From Planctomycetota bacterium (GTDB taxonomy: Bacteria > Planctomycetota > GCA-002687715 > CAIWVZ01), in assembly GCA_044222185.1 (NCBI GenBank), contig JBGANV010000001.1, positions 1,120,001-1,184,000 of the forward strand: a stretch of 64,000 nt of DNA, written 5' to 3'. The first letter of the stretch is position 1; each line of letters starts with the position of its first letter. Position numbers and translations under genes: made by a program. The notes under the pieces are model-generated. The model worked only from the letters and a program-made list of their open reading frames with translations. It was not told the DNA's origin and did not search any database. Shown piece after piece: positions 36,553-45,016 of the stretch.

Positions 36553-39159
36553 TCACCCGACGGGGATTCGCCCACCCCCCGGAGCCACCTCCGTCAGGGG
36601 TATGGCGAAGCCGGACCCGCCGGGTACGTACGCCTCCCCTTCACGGACGTCGCGCGGCCCGGCGGCAACCCAGCGGATGCGCCACAGCTCCTCGGACGGC
36701 GGCATCACGAAGCGCAGGGGCGTGGGCTCGAATGACACGAGGCGAAGGAGGTGGTTCGAATCCGCGGGCATCGAGAACCCCAGCGGCGTGCCCGTGGAAC
36801 CATCGGGTCGCCGAACGCTGGCGCGCCATTGCCCTGCAGGAAGCCGGAGAGTCATGCGCCCGCCGCGGGGCACGAGTCCTGACGACGGAGGACGCAACCG
36901 CGGGCCGTCCAGCCGAGTGGGATCGACTCGTTCGACGACGACCGGAAGATCGAGGTCGTTGCCGGTCGCCAGGTCCGCGACCTCGAAGGTTGCGGTCCAA
37001 TGCGGGATGACTGCCTGGGCGGTTCCATCGCCACGGAGCGTGATCGACTCGACTTTCATCGCACCGAGCCACGATGGCCCCCGACCGACGATCTCGGAGT
37101 CCCGCCCGACGGCACCGGCGATCCGAGCCACCCCGTCGACGCCGGTGAATGACGACACCCCGGTCGCGCGCTCGCCCGAGAGGACGCTGTCCCAGCCGCT
37201 GAGCGGCGCGCCGGTCGCGTCGCTGCGGAGCATGACCTCCCACCCACCGAGCGGAGCCCCGTTCTCGTCGACGAGCTTGAGAGACGTGATCCTGGGCGGC
37301 GTCACCGTGATGGCGACCTTCGTCGTCCCCTCCACGAGGACTTCGTCCCGGTAGACCTGGACGCCATCGACCTCGATACGGCAGACGTAGCTCCCGTCGG
37401 GCAGGTTCAGTCGGGCCCATCCGTCCGGATCGGTGAGCACGTCGAAGACGCGGCCGGGCGCTGCCGCGGTGCCCGTGGGATCGCGTCTCTCCATGCGCAC
37501 CCGTGCGTTCACGTTCATGCCCGCTGGATCGACGACGTGGATCCCCGCCGAGCGCGCCTCCGGCACGGTGAGCTCGGCGACGCCATCCATGAGCTGGAAC
37601 GCGACCGGCGCGATCGCCAATGCCCCCGTGGCGCCCATGGCCATCGCAGACATGTCGACGTTTCGCGGAAGTCCATCGAAAGACGCGAGCCCGCGGTCGT
37701 CCGTCGCAAGCTCGGCGAAGCCACCGCCCTGAAACTCCAGGCGCACGAGGCCCCTCCATGGGGCATCTCCGGTGGCCCTGGCATGGACACGCACCGAGGC
37801 GCCGAGCCCGCGTTCGAGCGCGAGGGTCGCCGACACGGAATGTCCCGGGATCACCTCCAACCCCCGCGTGGCGGTCACGCGACCGGATGACCGAACCTCG
37901 AACGCACGGACGCCCGACGGAACACGGTCCGCGACGTACTCGCCGTCGATGAACCGCCATGCGAGTGGCGCGTCGGCCGGACCACCCCATCGCCACGGCC
38001 GCAGAGCGATCTGCGCATCGGCGATCGGCTTGCCGTCCTCTTTGTCGATCACCTTCAAACGCACACTGCCGCCGGCTCCGACCACGACCGTCTGCTGCGC
38101 TGCGACGAGCGCCAGTGGAACCACCACGGTCGCAAACTCGGGATGCTCGATCGTCGCGAGTTGAGCCTTCCCGTCCGCCGTTGCGCGGCTTCCCCGAATC
38201 TTGATCCGGCCGTCGGAAGACGTGACGCCGAGTGGAACGACTCCCATGGAAACGTTCGCGCCCGACACGGGTTCATAGAGCTCGGTGACGACCGCCAGCT
38301 CGAGGTCCGGAACGACGGCGGGCGCCGCGAAAGGTCCACAGCCGACGACCTCCGGCTCGAACGGCTTCGGGACGATCGCCGGCGGCGCGACCGTCCAGTG
38401 CAGGGAGGGTGGCGCGATCGGCGCACCGCCGGCCCCGGGCACCTCCTGCGGGACGGCCGCATTGGACGCGACCGTCGAATCCTCGTGCCTCGGTCCCACG
38501 GGTGAATCGTCCCGGAGCGCGGCGGTTGCGAGCCAGACGATCGCGCCGATGACGACCGCAAGGCTCGCGACGGCGGCCCCGCGCGGAATCACGCGCCCTG
38601 GCCGGATGCCTCCTCCCGCGACGACGAACAAAGCCGTCGTCCATTGGTGCTCGCCGTCACCCCAGCGCGAGCGCGCGCGATCCCGCAGGCGATCGAGGCC
38701 GCGCATGAGTTGCACCCGGACCGTCGATGCCGGAACCCCCATGTCCGACGCGATCTCGGCCGGAGTCATGTCCCGGAAGAACCTCATCAGGATGACCGTC
38801 CGATAGGGAGCCTCGAGCGCCAGCACCTCGTCCACGAGTTCCCGATGCAGCATGGCCTGGCGGACCATCTCGTCGGGCATCGCCGTGGCCTGGCGCGACG
38901 ATGCCATGCCTTCACGGCGACTGCGGCGCCCGGCAGCCCGCAGATGCATCCATGCGAAATTCCGAACGACCTGGCGCAGCCACGGCCGCAGCGGCCTCCC
39001 CACCGCTGGCGGGTGCGAGATCGCCGCGAGCCACGCTTCCTGGACCACGTCGTCCGCGGCCGCGGGGTCACGCAACAGGGAGCGCGCGAGCGATCGGACC
39101 CAGCGTTCCTCCGCCAGGAGCCTCGAGATGTCGTCAGTCGTTGGGGGCCTGGGTTCCAT
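36553..39159 (-). CDS. ECF sigma factor with fused TM helix and carboxypeptidase-regulatory-like beta-sandwich repeats
   Basis: Region 2 (ADDVVQEAW..LRPWL..VVRN), region 4 (LEAPYRTVILMRFF..MTPAEIA..MGVPASTVR), TM segment, then V.D..G.P / TD..G repeats. Confidence 0.88.
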   Translation of the reverse strand: MEPRPPTTDDISRLLAEERWVRSLARSLLRDPAAADDVVQEAWLAAISHPPAVGRPLRPWLRQVVRNFAWMHLRAAGRRSRREGMASSRQATAMPDEMVRQAMLHRELVDEVLALEAPYRTVILMRFFRDMTPAEIASDMGVPASTVRVQLMRGLDRLRDRARSRWGDGEHQWTTALFVVAGGGIRPGRVIPRGAAVASLAVVIGAIVWLATAALRDDSPVGPRHEDSTVASNAAVPQEVPGAGGAPIAPPSLHWTVAPPAIVPKPFEPEVVGCGPFAAPAVVPDLELAVVTELYEPVSGANVSMGVVPLGVTSSDGRIKIRGSRATADGKAQLATIEHPEFATVVVPLALVAAQQTVVVGAGGSVRLKVIDKEDGKPIADAQIALRPWRWGGPADAPLAWRFIDGEYVADRVPSGVRAFEVRSSGRVTATRGLEVIPGHSVSATLALERGLGASVRVHARATGDAPWRGLVRLEFQGGGFAELATDDRGLASFDGLPRNVDMSAMAMGATGALAIAPVAFQLMDGVAELTVPEARSAGIHVVDPAGMNVNARVRMERRDPTGTAAAPGRVFDVLTDPDGWARLNLPDGSYVCRIEVDGVQVYRDEVLVEGTTKVAITVTPPRITSLKLVDENGAPLGGWEVMLRSDATGAPLSGWDSVLSGERATGVSSFTGVDGVARIAGAVGRDSEIVGRGPSWLGAMKVESITLRGDGTAQAVIPHWTATFEVADLATGNDLDLPVVVERVDPTRLDGPRLRPPSSGLVPRGGRMTLRLPAGQWRASVRRPDGSTGTPLGFSMPADSNHLLRLVSFEPTPLRFVMPPSEELWRIRWVAAGPRDVREGEAYVPGGSGFAIPLTEVAPGGGRIPVG

Positions 39160-39234
39160 GCGGAGTCAGATTATGCCGCCCACGTCCCCGGCGTTTCGCA
39201 ACTGGTAGGATCCGCCACCCCCGAGAGCCTGAAC

Positions 39235-40647
39235 ATGCGCACTGTCCGTCCTTTCCTTGCATTCTGCCTGATCGTCGCCGCAACCCGTGCTCAGACGCAG
39301 GTCTCGACTCAGGATCTCTGGGCCCTCGACATCGCCTCGAACCAGATCGCGGTCCTCAACGGTGGGGGCGGCTTCACGGGGACGGTCATCCCGCTTCAGG
39401 GCACCGGTTCGGCGCGCGGCCTCGCCTTTGCCCCGTCCGGCCTCTGCTACGTGGCCCGCGGAAACGACGTTCGGACGTACGACGGCACCACGTCGACCGT
39501 GTTCGCCAGCAACTCGAATGGCATCGATCAAGCCCAGGACGTGGCCGTCCGACCCGGGACGGCCAACGAGGTCTGGGTCGCCTGCGGAACGAGCACGACC
39601 AACAGCAAGGTGATCCGTTTCGGCGCGAACGGCACCGTGATCTCGACGCTCACCGATCCGAACCTCATCCATCCACGGCGCATCGCGTGGAATCAGACTG
39701 GATCGACCCTGTACGTCCTCAGCAACGTCAACAAGCGGATCTTCAGCCTCGACGCGACGTCCGGCACATTCACGCAATTGGCGAATCTCACGACGGCGAA
39801 CGTGGCACCCATCGGCCTGACGTTCGACGTCACGCGAAATGCTCTCTGGGTCGTGGGGGACTTCGGTGTCACGGGTGACGTGGGTCGCGTCACCATCGCC
39901 ACGGGGACGTACACCCCGGTCATCACGTCCGGCACCATCGCGGGCATGGCTGCACCGGCGAACGTCTGGTTCGACCGCTTCCGGGTCCTGAACGTCGTCT
40001 CGCGCGCGCTGAACGGCGGGACCACGGGAATCTACCGCTTCGACGCCTCGACCGGCTCGACTCCCATCCACCTGACCGACGTCACGACGACGGGTACGAC
40101 CAGTTTCATCGACGTGCGCGGCCGTCCCGAACTCGTGGGAATCGGCGCCCCGTCGTCCTCCCCGAACAACTACGTGCTCTCAGCCAGCGCGACGGCTCCG
40201 GTGCCCATCTCGAACCCGATCACGTTCCACGTGCCGAGGGCGGCGAACCGGATCTACGCAGCCGCGTTGAGCCCGCTCTGGGCGACGGCGTGCGATCCAT
40301 ACGTACCCGGCGCACTCGAGCCCGTGCTCCGGATCCCCGCGCCGGACGCTCGCGGGATTCCGCTGAGCCTGTCGGACGGCGGCCTGCTGCTCCAGGCGAC
40401 GGCGGGAGTCTGCTGCGACCCCGCGACGGGCTTCCCCGTGAGCCTGTTCCTGACCGTGAGCGGCTTCGTCGGGGTCCTCGACGCCAACGGCGATGCCAAC
40501 GCGACGATCAGCATTCAGCCGAACCCGCCGGTCGCGCTCAACGGGTTCCAGATGTCGCTCGCACTCGTGACCGTCGACCCGTCGGTGCCGAGCGGCTTCG
40601 GCCGGATCAGTGACCCGATCTGCCTGACGATCAACATCGGACCATGA
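39235..40647 (+). CDS. Secreted beta-propeller protein (NHL/SMP-30-like) with a C-terminal beta-rich domain
   Basis: Signal peptide MRTVRPFLAFCLIVAATRA; blades ARGLAF, AQDVAV, PRRIAW, PIGLTF, PANVWF; Thr/Gly/Asn-rich composition. Confidence 0.8.
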   Translation: MRTVRPFLAFCLIVAATRAQTQVSTQDLWALDIASNQIAVLNGGGGFTGTVIPLQGTGSARGLAFAPSGLCYVARGNDVRTYDGTTSTVFASNSNGIDQAQDVAVRPGTANEVWVACGTSTTNSKVIRFGANGTVISTLTDPNLIHPRRIAWNQTGSTLYVLSNVNKRIFSLDATSGTFTQLANLTTANVAPIGLTFDVTRNALWVVGDFGVTGDVGRVTIATGTYTPVITSGTIAGMAAPANVWFDRFRVLNVVSRALNGGTTGIYRFDASTGSTPIHLTDVTTTGTTSFIDVRGRPELVGIGAPSSSPNNYVLSASATAPVPISNPITFHVPRAANRIYAAALSPLWATACDPYVPGALEPVLRIPAPDARGIPLSLSDGGLLLQATAGVCCDPATGFPVSLFLTVSGFVGVLDANGDANATISIQPNPPVALNGFQMSLALVTVDPSVPSGFGRISDPICLTINIGP

Positions 40648-40681
40648 CCGCTGCGCGCCGTGGCGCTGGCGCGCGCGCCGG

Positions 40682-41929
40682 TCAGAAGTCGCCGTCGCTC
40701 ATCTTGAAGTGGTGCTTCAACCGCAGGCGCCAGGTCTCGTCCACCGCCCCATCCACCAGCTTTTCGAGCGTTCGTTGGATGCCCGCGGCTCCCGAGTTGA
40801 TCAGCCAATCGCCGAGCGCGTAGCGGTATCGGGTCTCCAGGTCGGCGGATCCGATGAGCTCCGGTAGGACGGCGAGCGCCTCGGGTGTCGGCCGCATGGC
40901 GACGTCCCAGATGATGTGGCGCCGCGTCGCCCGACTGTCGGGGCCGTTCGCCTCGTGGAACATGGCGACGAGGCGGTCCAGGGCCTTTCGATCACCCATG
41001 CGGTGGAGTCCGCCGACGGCGATCTCCACGAGGTCGCGCGGCGCCGTCGGGTCGGCGGCGACGTCCTCGAAGAGCTTGCGTGAACGCTCGTCGCGCGCGC
41101 TTCGAAGCCCCTCCAACGCCACGTCGCGGGCCGGCCCGGACTTCGCTTCCGCGGCAAGCCGGGGGAACGCCTCGGCACCGCCGACCTCCGCAAGCAGCTG
41201 CACGGCGATCCTCCGCTCGGAGGCATTGGCGGCCGATTCGACCCACGCCGAAATCAGGGGAACCGCGACGGCACGATCGGGCTGCAAGAGATCGCGAACG
41301 GCCCGGCGACGGCAAGCGAGGTCGTCGTGGCGCCCGGCCGGAGGCGATCCCACGTCGGACGCAAGCGCCAGCCTCACGCGCTGGATGAATCCGTCGAGCA
41401 CGTTGGCCGGCTGGATCGGGCTGTCGTTGCCGCGAGCGTCCAGGATGACCTGGGCCCGAGCCTCCGAAAGACGAGCCCGACCGAGCCGGGCTTGAAGCCC
41501 GTCGATCTCGGCCGTCGCGACCACGTCGTCGTAGCTCGCATAAAGCAGGCTCGGGGTCTCGTCGACGTCCCCGCCACCGGTCGTCGCACCGCCGTTCGTT
41601 CCGGCGAGCGGAGGCCCTTCGCCGCCGGTGTGCCGCGGCACGCGTCCGGACGTCTGGAGGCGCCCAACGCCGAAGCCGACCAGGATGAGGGCTGCCGCCG
41701 CCGCGGTCCGCCACGCCACCGGCGTCCAGCGACGGCGCGGAGCCTCCTGCGGCACCGCGAAGGCACGCGGGAGCGCCTCGCCCAGGCGAATGTCCTCGCC
41801 CAGGTAGGCAGCGCATGCCGGGCAGTCCAGGAGGTGGTCGGTGATGAAGACCTCGGCCTCGGGCCCGAGTCCCCCGTCGAGGAACTCGTCGAACTGCGCA
41901 CGCGCCTTCTGGCAGAGAACGGGGTTCAT
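40682..41929 (-). CDS. Zinc-binding anti-sigma factor (ZAS/zf-HC2) with TM helix and HEAT-like C-terminus
   Basis: C...FLDG.L...HLLDCPAC, TM WRTAAAAALILVGFGVG; ATGA overlap with the upstream sigma gene. Confidence 0.85.
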   Translation of the reverse strand: MNPVLCQKARAQFDEFLDGGLGPEAEVFITDHLLDCPACAAYLGEDIRLGEALPRAFAVPQEAPRRRWTPVAWRTAAAAALILVGFGVGRLQTSGRVPRHTGGEGPPLAGTNGGATTGGGDVDETPSLLYASYDDVVATAEIDGLQARLGRARLSEARAQVILDARGNDSPIQPANVLDGFIQRVRLALASDVGSPPAGRHDDLACRRRAVRDLLQPDRAVAVPLISAWVESAANASERRIAVQLLAEVGGAEAFPRLAAEAKSGPARDVALEGLRSARDERSRKLFEDVAADPTAPRDLVEIAVGGLHRMGDRKALDRLVAMFHEANGPDSRATRRHIIWDVAMRPTPEALAVLPELIGSADLETRYRYALGDWLINSGAAGIQRTLEKLVDGAVDETWRLRLKHHFKMSDGDF

Positions 41930-42483
41930 GCGGAACTCAACTCCTCCCTGAGGCGCTGTTTCGCACGAAACAGGATCAGGGAAACCGTGTTCGCGGTGCT
42001 GCTCAGCCGCCGCGCGATCTCCTGGCAACTCAATCCGTCCTGGTACCGCATCCGCACGATCTCGAGGTATCGCGGTGGAAGTCGGCCCACGGCCCGCGCG
42101 AGGGCCTGCGCCTCTTCGCGACGTGCCAACCCTTCGAGCGACGAAGGGCTCTTGTCGATTCCAGTTCCCGGGTCTCCCTCGGCCGCGTCTCGAACGCGCT
42201 GCTCCAGGCGGAGGCGTCGGCGCGTACTGATGGCCAGGTTGACACCGATCCGGAAGAACCACGTGGAGAAGCGATGTTCCTCCACGTACCGGTCGAGGTG
42301 CTCGAAGGCCCGCAGGATCGTGTCCTGGACCAGATCCCGCGCCCGCTCGCGATCACCGGCGATCGGCGTGAGGACGGCCAGCAGCGGCTGCTCGTAACGC
42401 GAGACGAGCTGGACAAAGGCATCCCGATCCCGCGTCCTGGCGCGGGCCAGCAGAACCGCCTCGTCCACCGGGCTTTCAGCCAT
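41926..42483 (-). CDS. ECF RNA polymerase sigma factor
   Basis: DRDAF.QLV.RY, ARDLVQDT.LRAF, FSTWFFRIGVN, LPPRY...LSCQEIA...TV...LFRAKQRL. Confidence 0.93.
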   Translation of the reverse strand: MAESPVDEAVLLARARTRDRDAFVQLVSRYEQPLLAVLTPIAGDRERARDLVQDTILRAFEHLDRYVEEHRFSTWFFRIGVNLAISTRRRLRLEQRVRDAAEGDPGTGIDKSPSSLEGLARREEAQALARAVGRLPPRYLEIVRMRYQDGLSCQEIARRLSSTANTVSLILFRAKQRLREELSSA

Positions 42484-42597
42484 CCACACTCTCTCCAACG
42501 GCCTGCTGGACCGGGTCTTTCGGGCAAATCCGCCCGGCCTTGGCCGGCGGCTGGAGCCCTGCCCGCACGGCCGCCCCCTGGCCCGACCACGCCCGGT

Positions 42598-44127
42598 TCA
42601 GGAAATCAGGCTGTGCCCCGTCATCTCCGGGCTCTGGGCCAACCCCATGACGTCGAGGAGGGTCGGGACGACGTCGCACAACCGACCGCCGGAGGTGAGT
42701 TTGGCGCCCCGGTGCCGCTCGGAGATCAGGTGCAAGGGGACGGGATTGGTGGTGTGCGCCGTGTGGGGCTCACCCGTGATCGGGTCCACCATCATCTCGC
42801 AGTTGCCGTGATCAGCGGTCACGATCATCGAACCACCGCGGGGCACTACGGTTTCGAGGATCCTGCCGATGCCCTCGTCCACCGCCTCGACGGCGCGGAT
42901 CGCCGCCTGGAGGATCCCCGTATGCCCGACCATGTCCGGGTTCGCGTAGTTCACCACTAGCACGTCGAACTGCCCCGACTTCACCCCATCCACGACCTTG
43001 TCGGTCACCTCGGCGGCGCTCATCTCGGGCTTCAGGTCGTAGGTGGCCACCTTGGGCGAGGGAACGAGGATCCGCTCCTCGCCCTTGAACGCGATCTCGC
43101 GCCCGCCGTTCAGGAAGAACGTCACGTGCGCGTACTTCTCCGTCTCGGCGACGCGCAGCTGCGTCATCGCCGCCTTCTCGAGCAGTTCGCCCATGACGTC
43201 ACGGAGCGAGATGGAGGCGAAGAGTTTCGGGAACGGATACTCGGCCTGGTACTCCGTCATGGTCACGTGGTGCAAACCGAGCGCCTCCGTGGGGAACGCC
43301 GAGAAGCCGTTCACGCCGGTCAAAGCCTCGCTGATCTGCCGCGCCCGGTCCGCCCGATAGTTGAAGAAGAATGTGACGTCGCCCGCAGCGAGCCGCGGCG
43401 CACCATCGATGAAGGTCGGCAGGATGAACTCGTCGGTCTCGTTCCGCGAGTACGCGCGTGAGACCGCGTCCTTCAGGTTGGCGGCGTGCTGGCCGAGACC
43501 ACGCACCATGCAGTCGTACGCCTTCTGCACGCGCTCCCAGCGCTTGTCGCGGTCCATGGCGTAGTACCGACCGCTGACCGTCCCCACGACCCCGACGCCC
43601 GTTCGCTGCATGGCCGCGAGGAGGCGGTCACAGTAGGTCATGGCCGACGACGGCGGCGTGTCGCGTCCGTCCGTGAAGACGTGGAACACGACCTTGTCCT
43701 TCGCGAGCCCGGCAGCCGCGGCGCACTCGAGCAGAGCCACGTAGTGATCCTCGTGACTGTGCACTCCGCCATCGGAAACCAGCCCCATCATGTGCAAGCG
43801 CCGGCCGGGTGCGCGCGCCAGCTCGAATGCGTGCACGAGCGCCGGGTTCGTCGCCAACGACTTCTCCGCGATGGCGCGGTTGATGCGGTCGATCGACTGC
43901 ACGACGATCCGTCCCGCGCCGATGTTCATGTGCCCCACTTCGGAGTTCCCCATGAGGCCCGGCATGAGTCCCACGGCCTCGCCGTGGGACAGGATCTCCG
44001 TCATGGGGTAGCGGGCGCGGATGCGGTCGAAGGCCGGCGTCCGCGCGAGCGCGATGGCGTTGTTGTCCCGCTCTGCCCTGCAGCCAAAACCGTCACAGAT
44101 CACGAGCACGTGGGGCGTCTTGGCCAC
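42598..44127 (-). CDS. gpmI: 2,3-bisphosphoglycerate-independent phosphoglycerate mutase
   Basis: MGNSEVGH, GLVSDGGVHSH, DGRDT, GRYYAMDRDKRW, AETEKYAHVTFF, NPDMVGHTG, TADHGN, HTAHT. Confidence 0.98.
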   Translation of the reverse strand: MAKTPHVLVICDGFGCRAERDNNAIALARTPAFDRIRARYPMTEILSHGEAVGLMPGLMGNSEVGHMNIGAGRIVVQSIDRINRAIAEKSLATNPALVHAFELARAPGRRLHMMGLVSDGGVHSHEDHYVALLECAAAAGLAKDKVVFHVFTDGRDTPPSSAMTYCDRLLAAMQRTGVGVVGTVSGRYYAMDRDKRWERVQKAYDCMVRGLGQHAANLKDAVSRAYSRNETDEFILPTFIDGAPRLAAGDVTFFFNYRADRARQISEALTGVNGFSAFPTEALGLHHVTMTEYQAEYPFPKLFASISLRDVMGELLEKAAMTQLRVAETEKYAHVTFFLNGGREIAFKGEERILVPSPKVATYDLKPEMSAAEVTDKVVDGVKSGQFDVLVVNYANPDMVGHTGILQAAIRAVEAVDEGIGRILETVVPRGGSMIVTADHGNCEMMVDPITGEPHTAHTTNPVPLHLISERHRGAKLTSGGRLCDVVPTLLDVMGLAQSPEMTGHSLIS

Positions 44128-44144
44128 GGGGCGTCACCTCGTCG

Positions 44145-44867
44145 TCATTCGGAGTTTCGCGACCGTCCGCCCAGGATGCCCGAGCGGACCAGGAAATAGA
44201 GGAGCTGGAGCACGGCCGTGATCGCTGCCGCCACGTAGGTCATGGCCGCCGCACGGAGCACGGACCTCGCTCCGGCCATCTCGTCGTTCCGAAGGTAGCC
44301 CCCTTCCTCGAGCGTCCAAAGCGCCCTCGCACTCGCATCGAACTCCACGGGAAGCGTGACGAGAGTGAAGAGGAGTGCGCCCGAGAAGAGGATGATGCCG
44401 GACCAGACGGCCAGTGCGCCCACCGACGTCGTCACGCCGCCCAGCACGAGCCCGACCATGATGAGGATCCAACTGAGATTGCTTCCAACGGACGCGACCG
44501 GAACGAGCGCGCTCCGGAACCGGAGTGGGGCATACCCGCGCGCATGCTGAACGGCGTGTCCGACCTCGTGCGCGGCGACTCCGATCGAAGCGATCGACTT
44601 CCCGGAATACACCCCGGACGAGAGCCGCAGGACCTTCTCCCGCGGGTCGTAGTGGTCCGAGAGGAAACCGTCCACGGGCTCGATGCGGACATCCCGAATC
44701 CCGTTCTGCTGGAGGATGCGCGCGGCGACGTCGGCGCCGCTCACGCCCGATCGGGTCCCGACCTGGCTCCATCGAGCGAAGGCAGACTTGACCCACATCG
44801 CCGCGAGTGCGCTGAGGAGAAGGCCGGGCCCGATGAAAATCAGTTGTCGCAGATCGAAAAACGGCAT
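44145..44867 (-). CDS. YugP-like membrane neutral zinc metallopeptidase
   Basis: LSDHYDP, GVAAHEVGHAVQH, VTLPVEFDASARA, VLRAAAMTYVAA. Confidence 0.92.
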   Translation of the reverse strand: MPFFDLRQLIFIGPGLLLSALAAMWVKSAFARWSQVGTRSGVSGADVAARILQQNGIRDVRIEPVDGFLSDHYDPREKVLRLSSGVYSGKSIASIGVAAHEVGHAVQHARGYAPLRFRSALVPVASVGSNLSWILIMVGLVLGGVTTSVGALAVWSGIILFSGALLFTLVTLPVEFDASARALWTLEEGGYLRNDEMAGARSVLRAAAMTYVAAAITAVLQLLYFLVRSGILGGRSRNSE

Positions 44868-45016
44868 GGTGTTCTGCTCCCTGGGTGTTGGCGTGTCGCG
44901 TTCCTTATACGGACTGAGTGGGGCGCGCTCCCCGTGACAAGTTGACAGTGAACGTCTCCATTCCCTGCCGTCGATAGATCCTGATCGAGGCGCGCACGCC
45001 TGTCTGCGCCGGGGAG

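Noticed and set aside
34460-42500. Possible genomic island integrated at tRNA-Leu
   Set aside because: No integrase, no duplicated tRNA 3' end seen in the window, and no obvious compositional shift
44942-44947. Perfect TTGACA upstream of 45017
   Set aside because: No acceptable -10 hexamer 16-18 nt downstream
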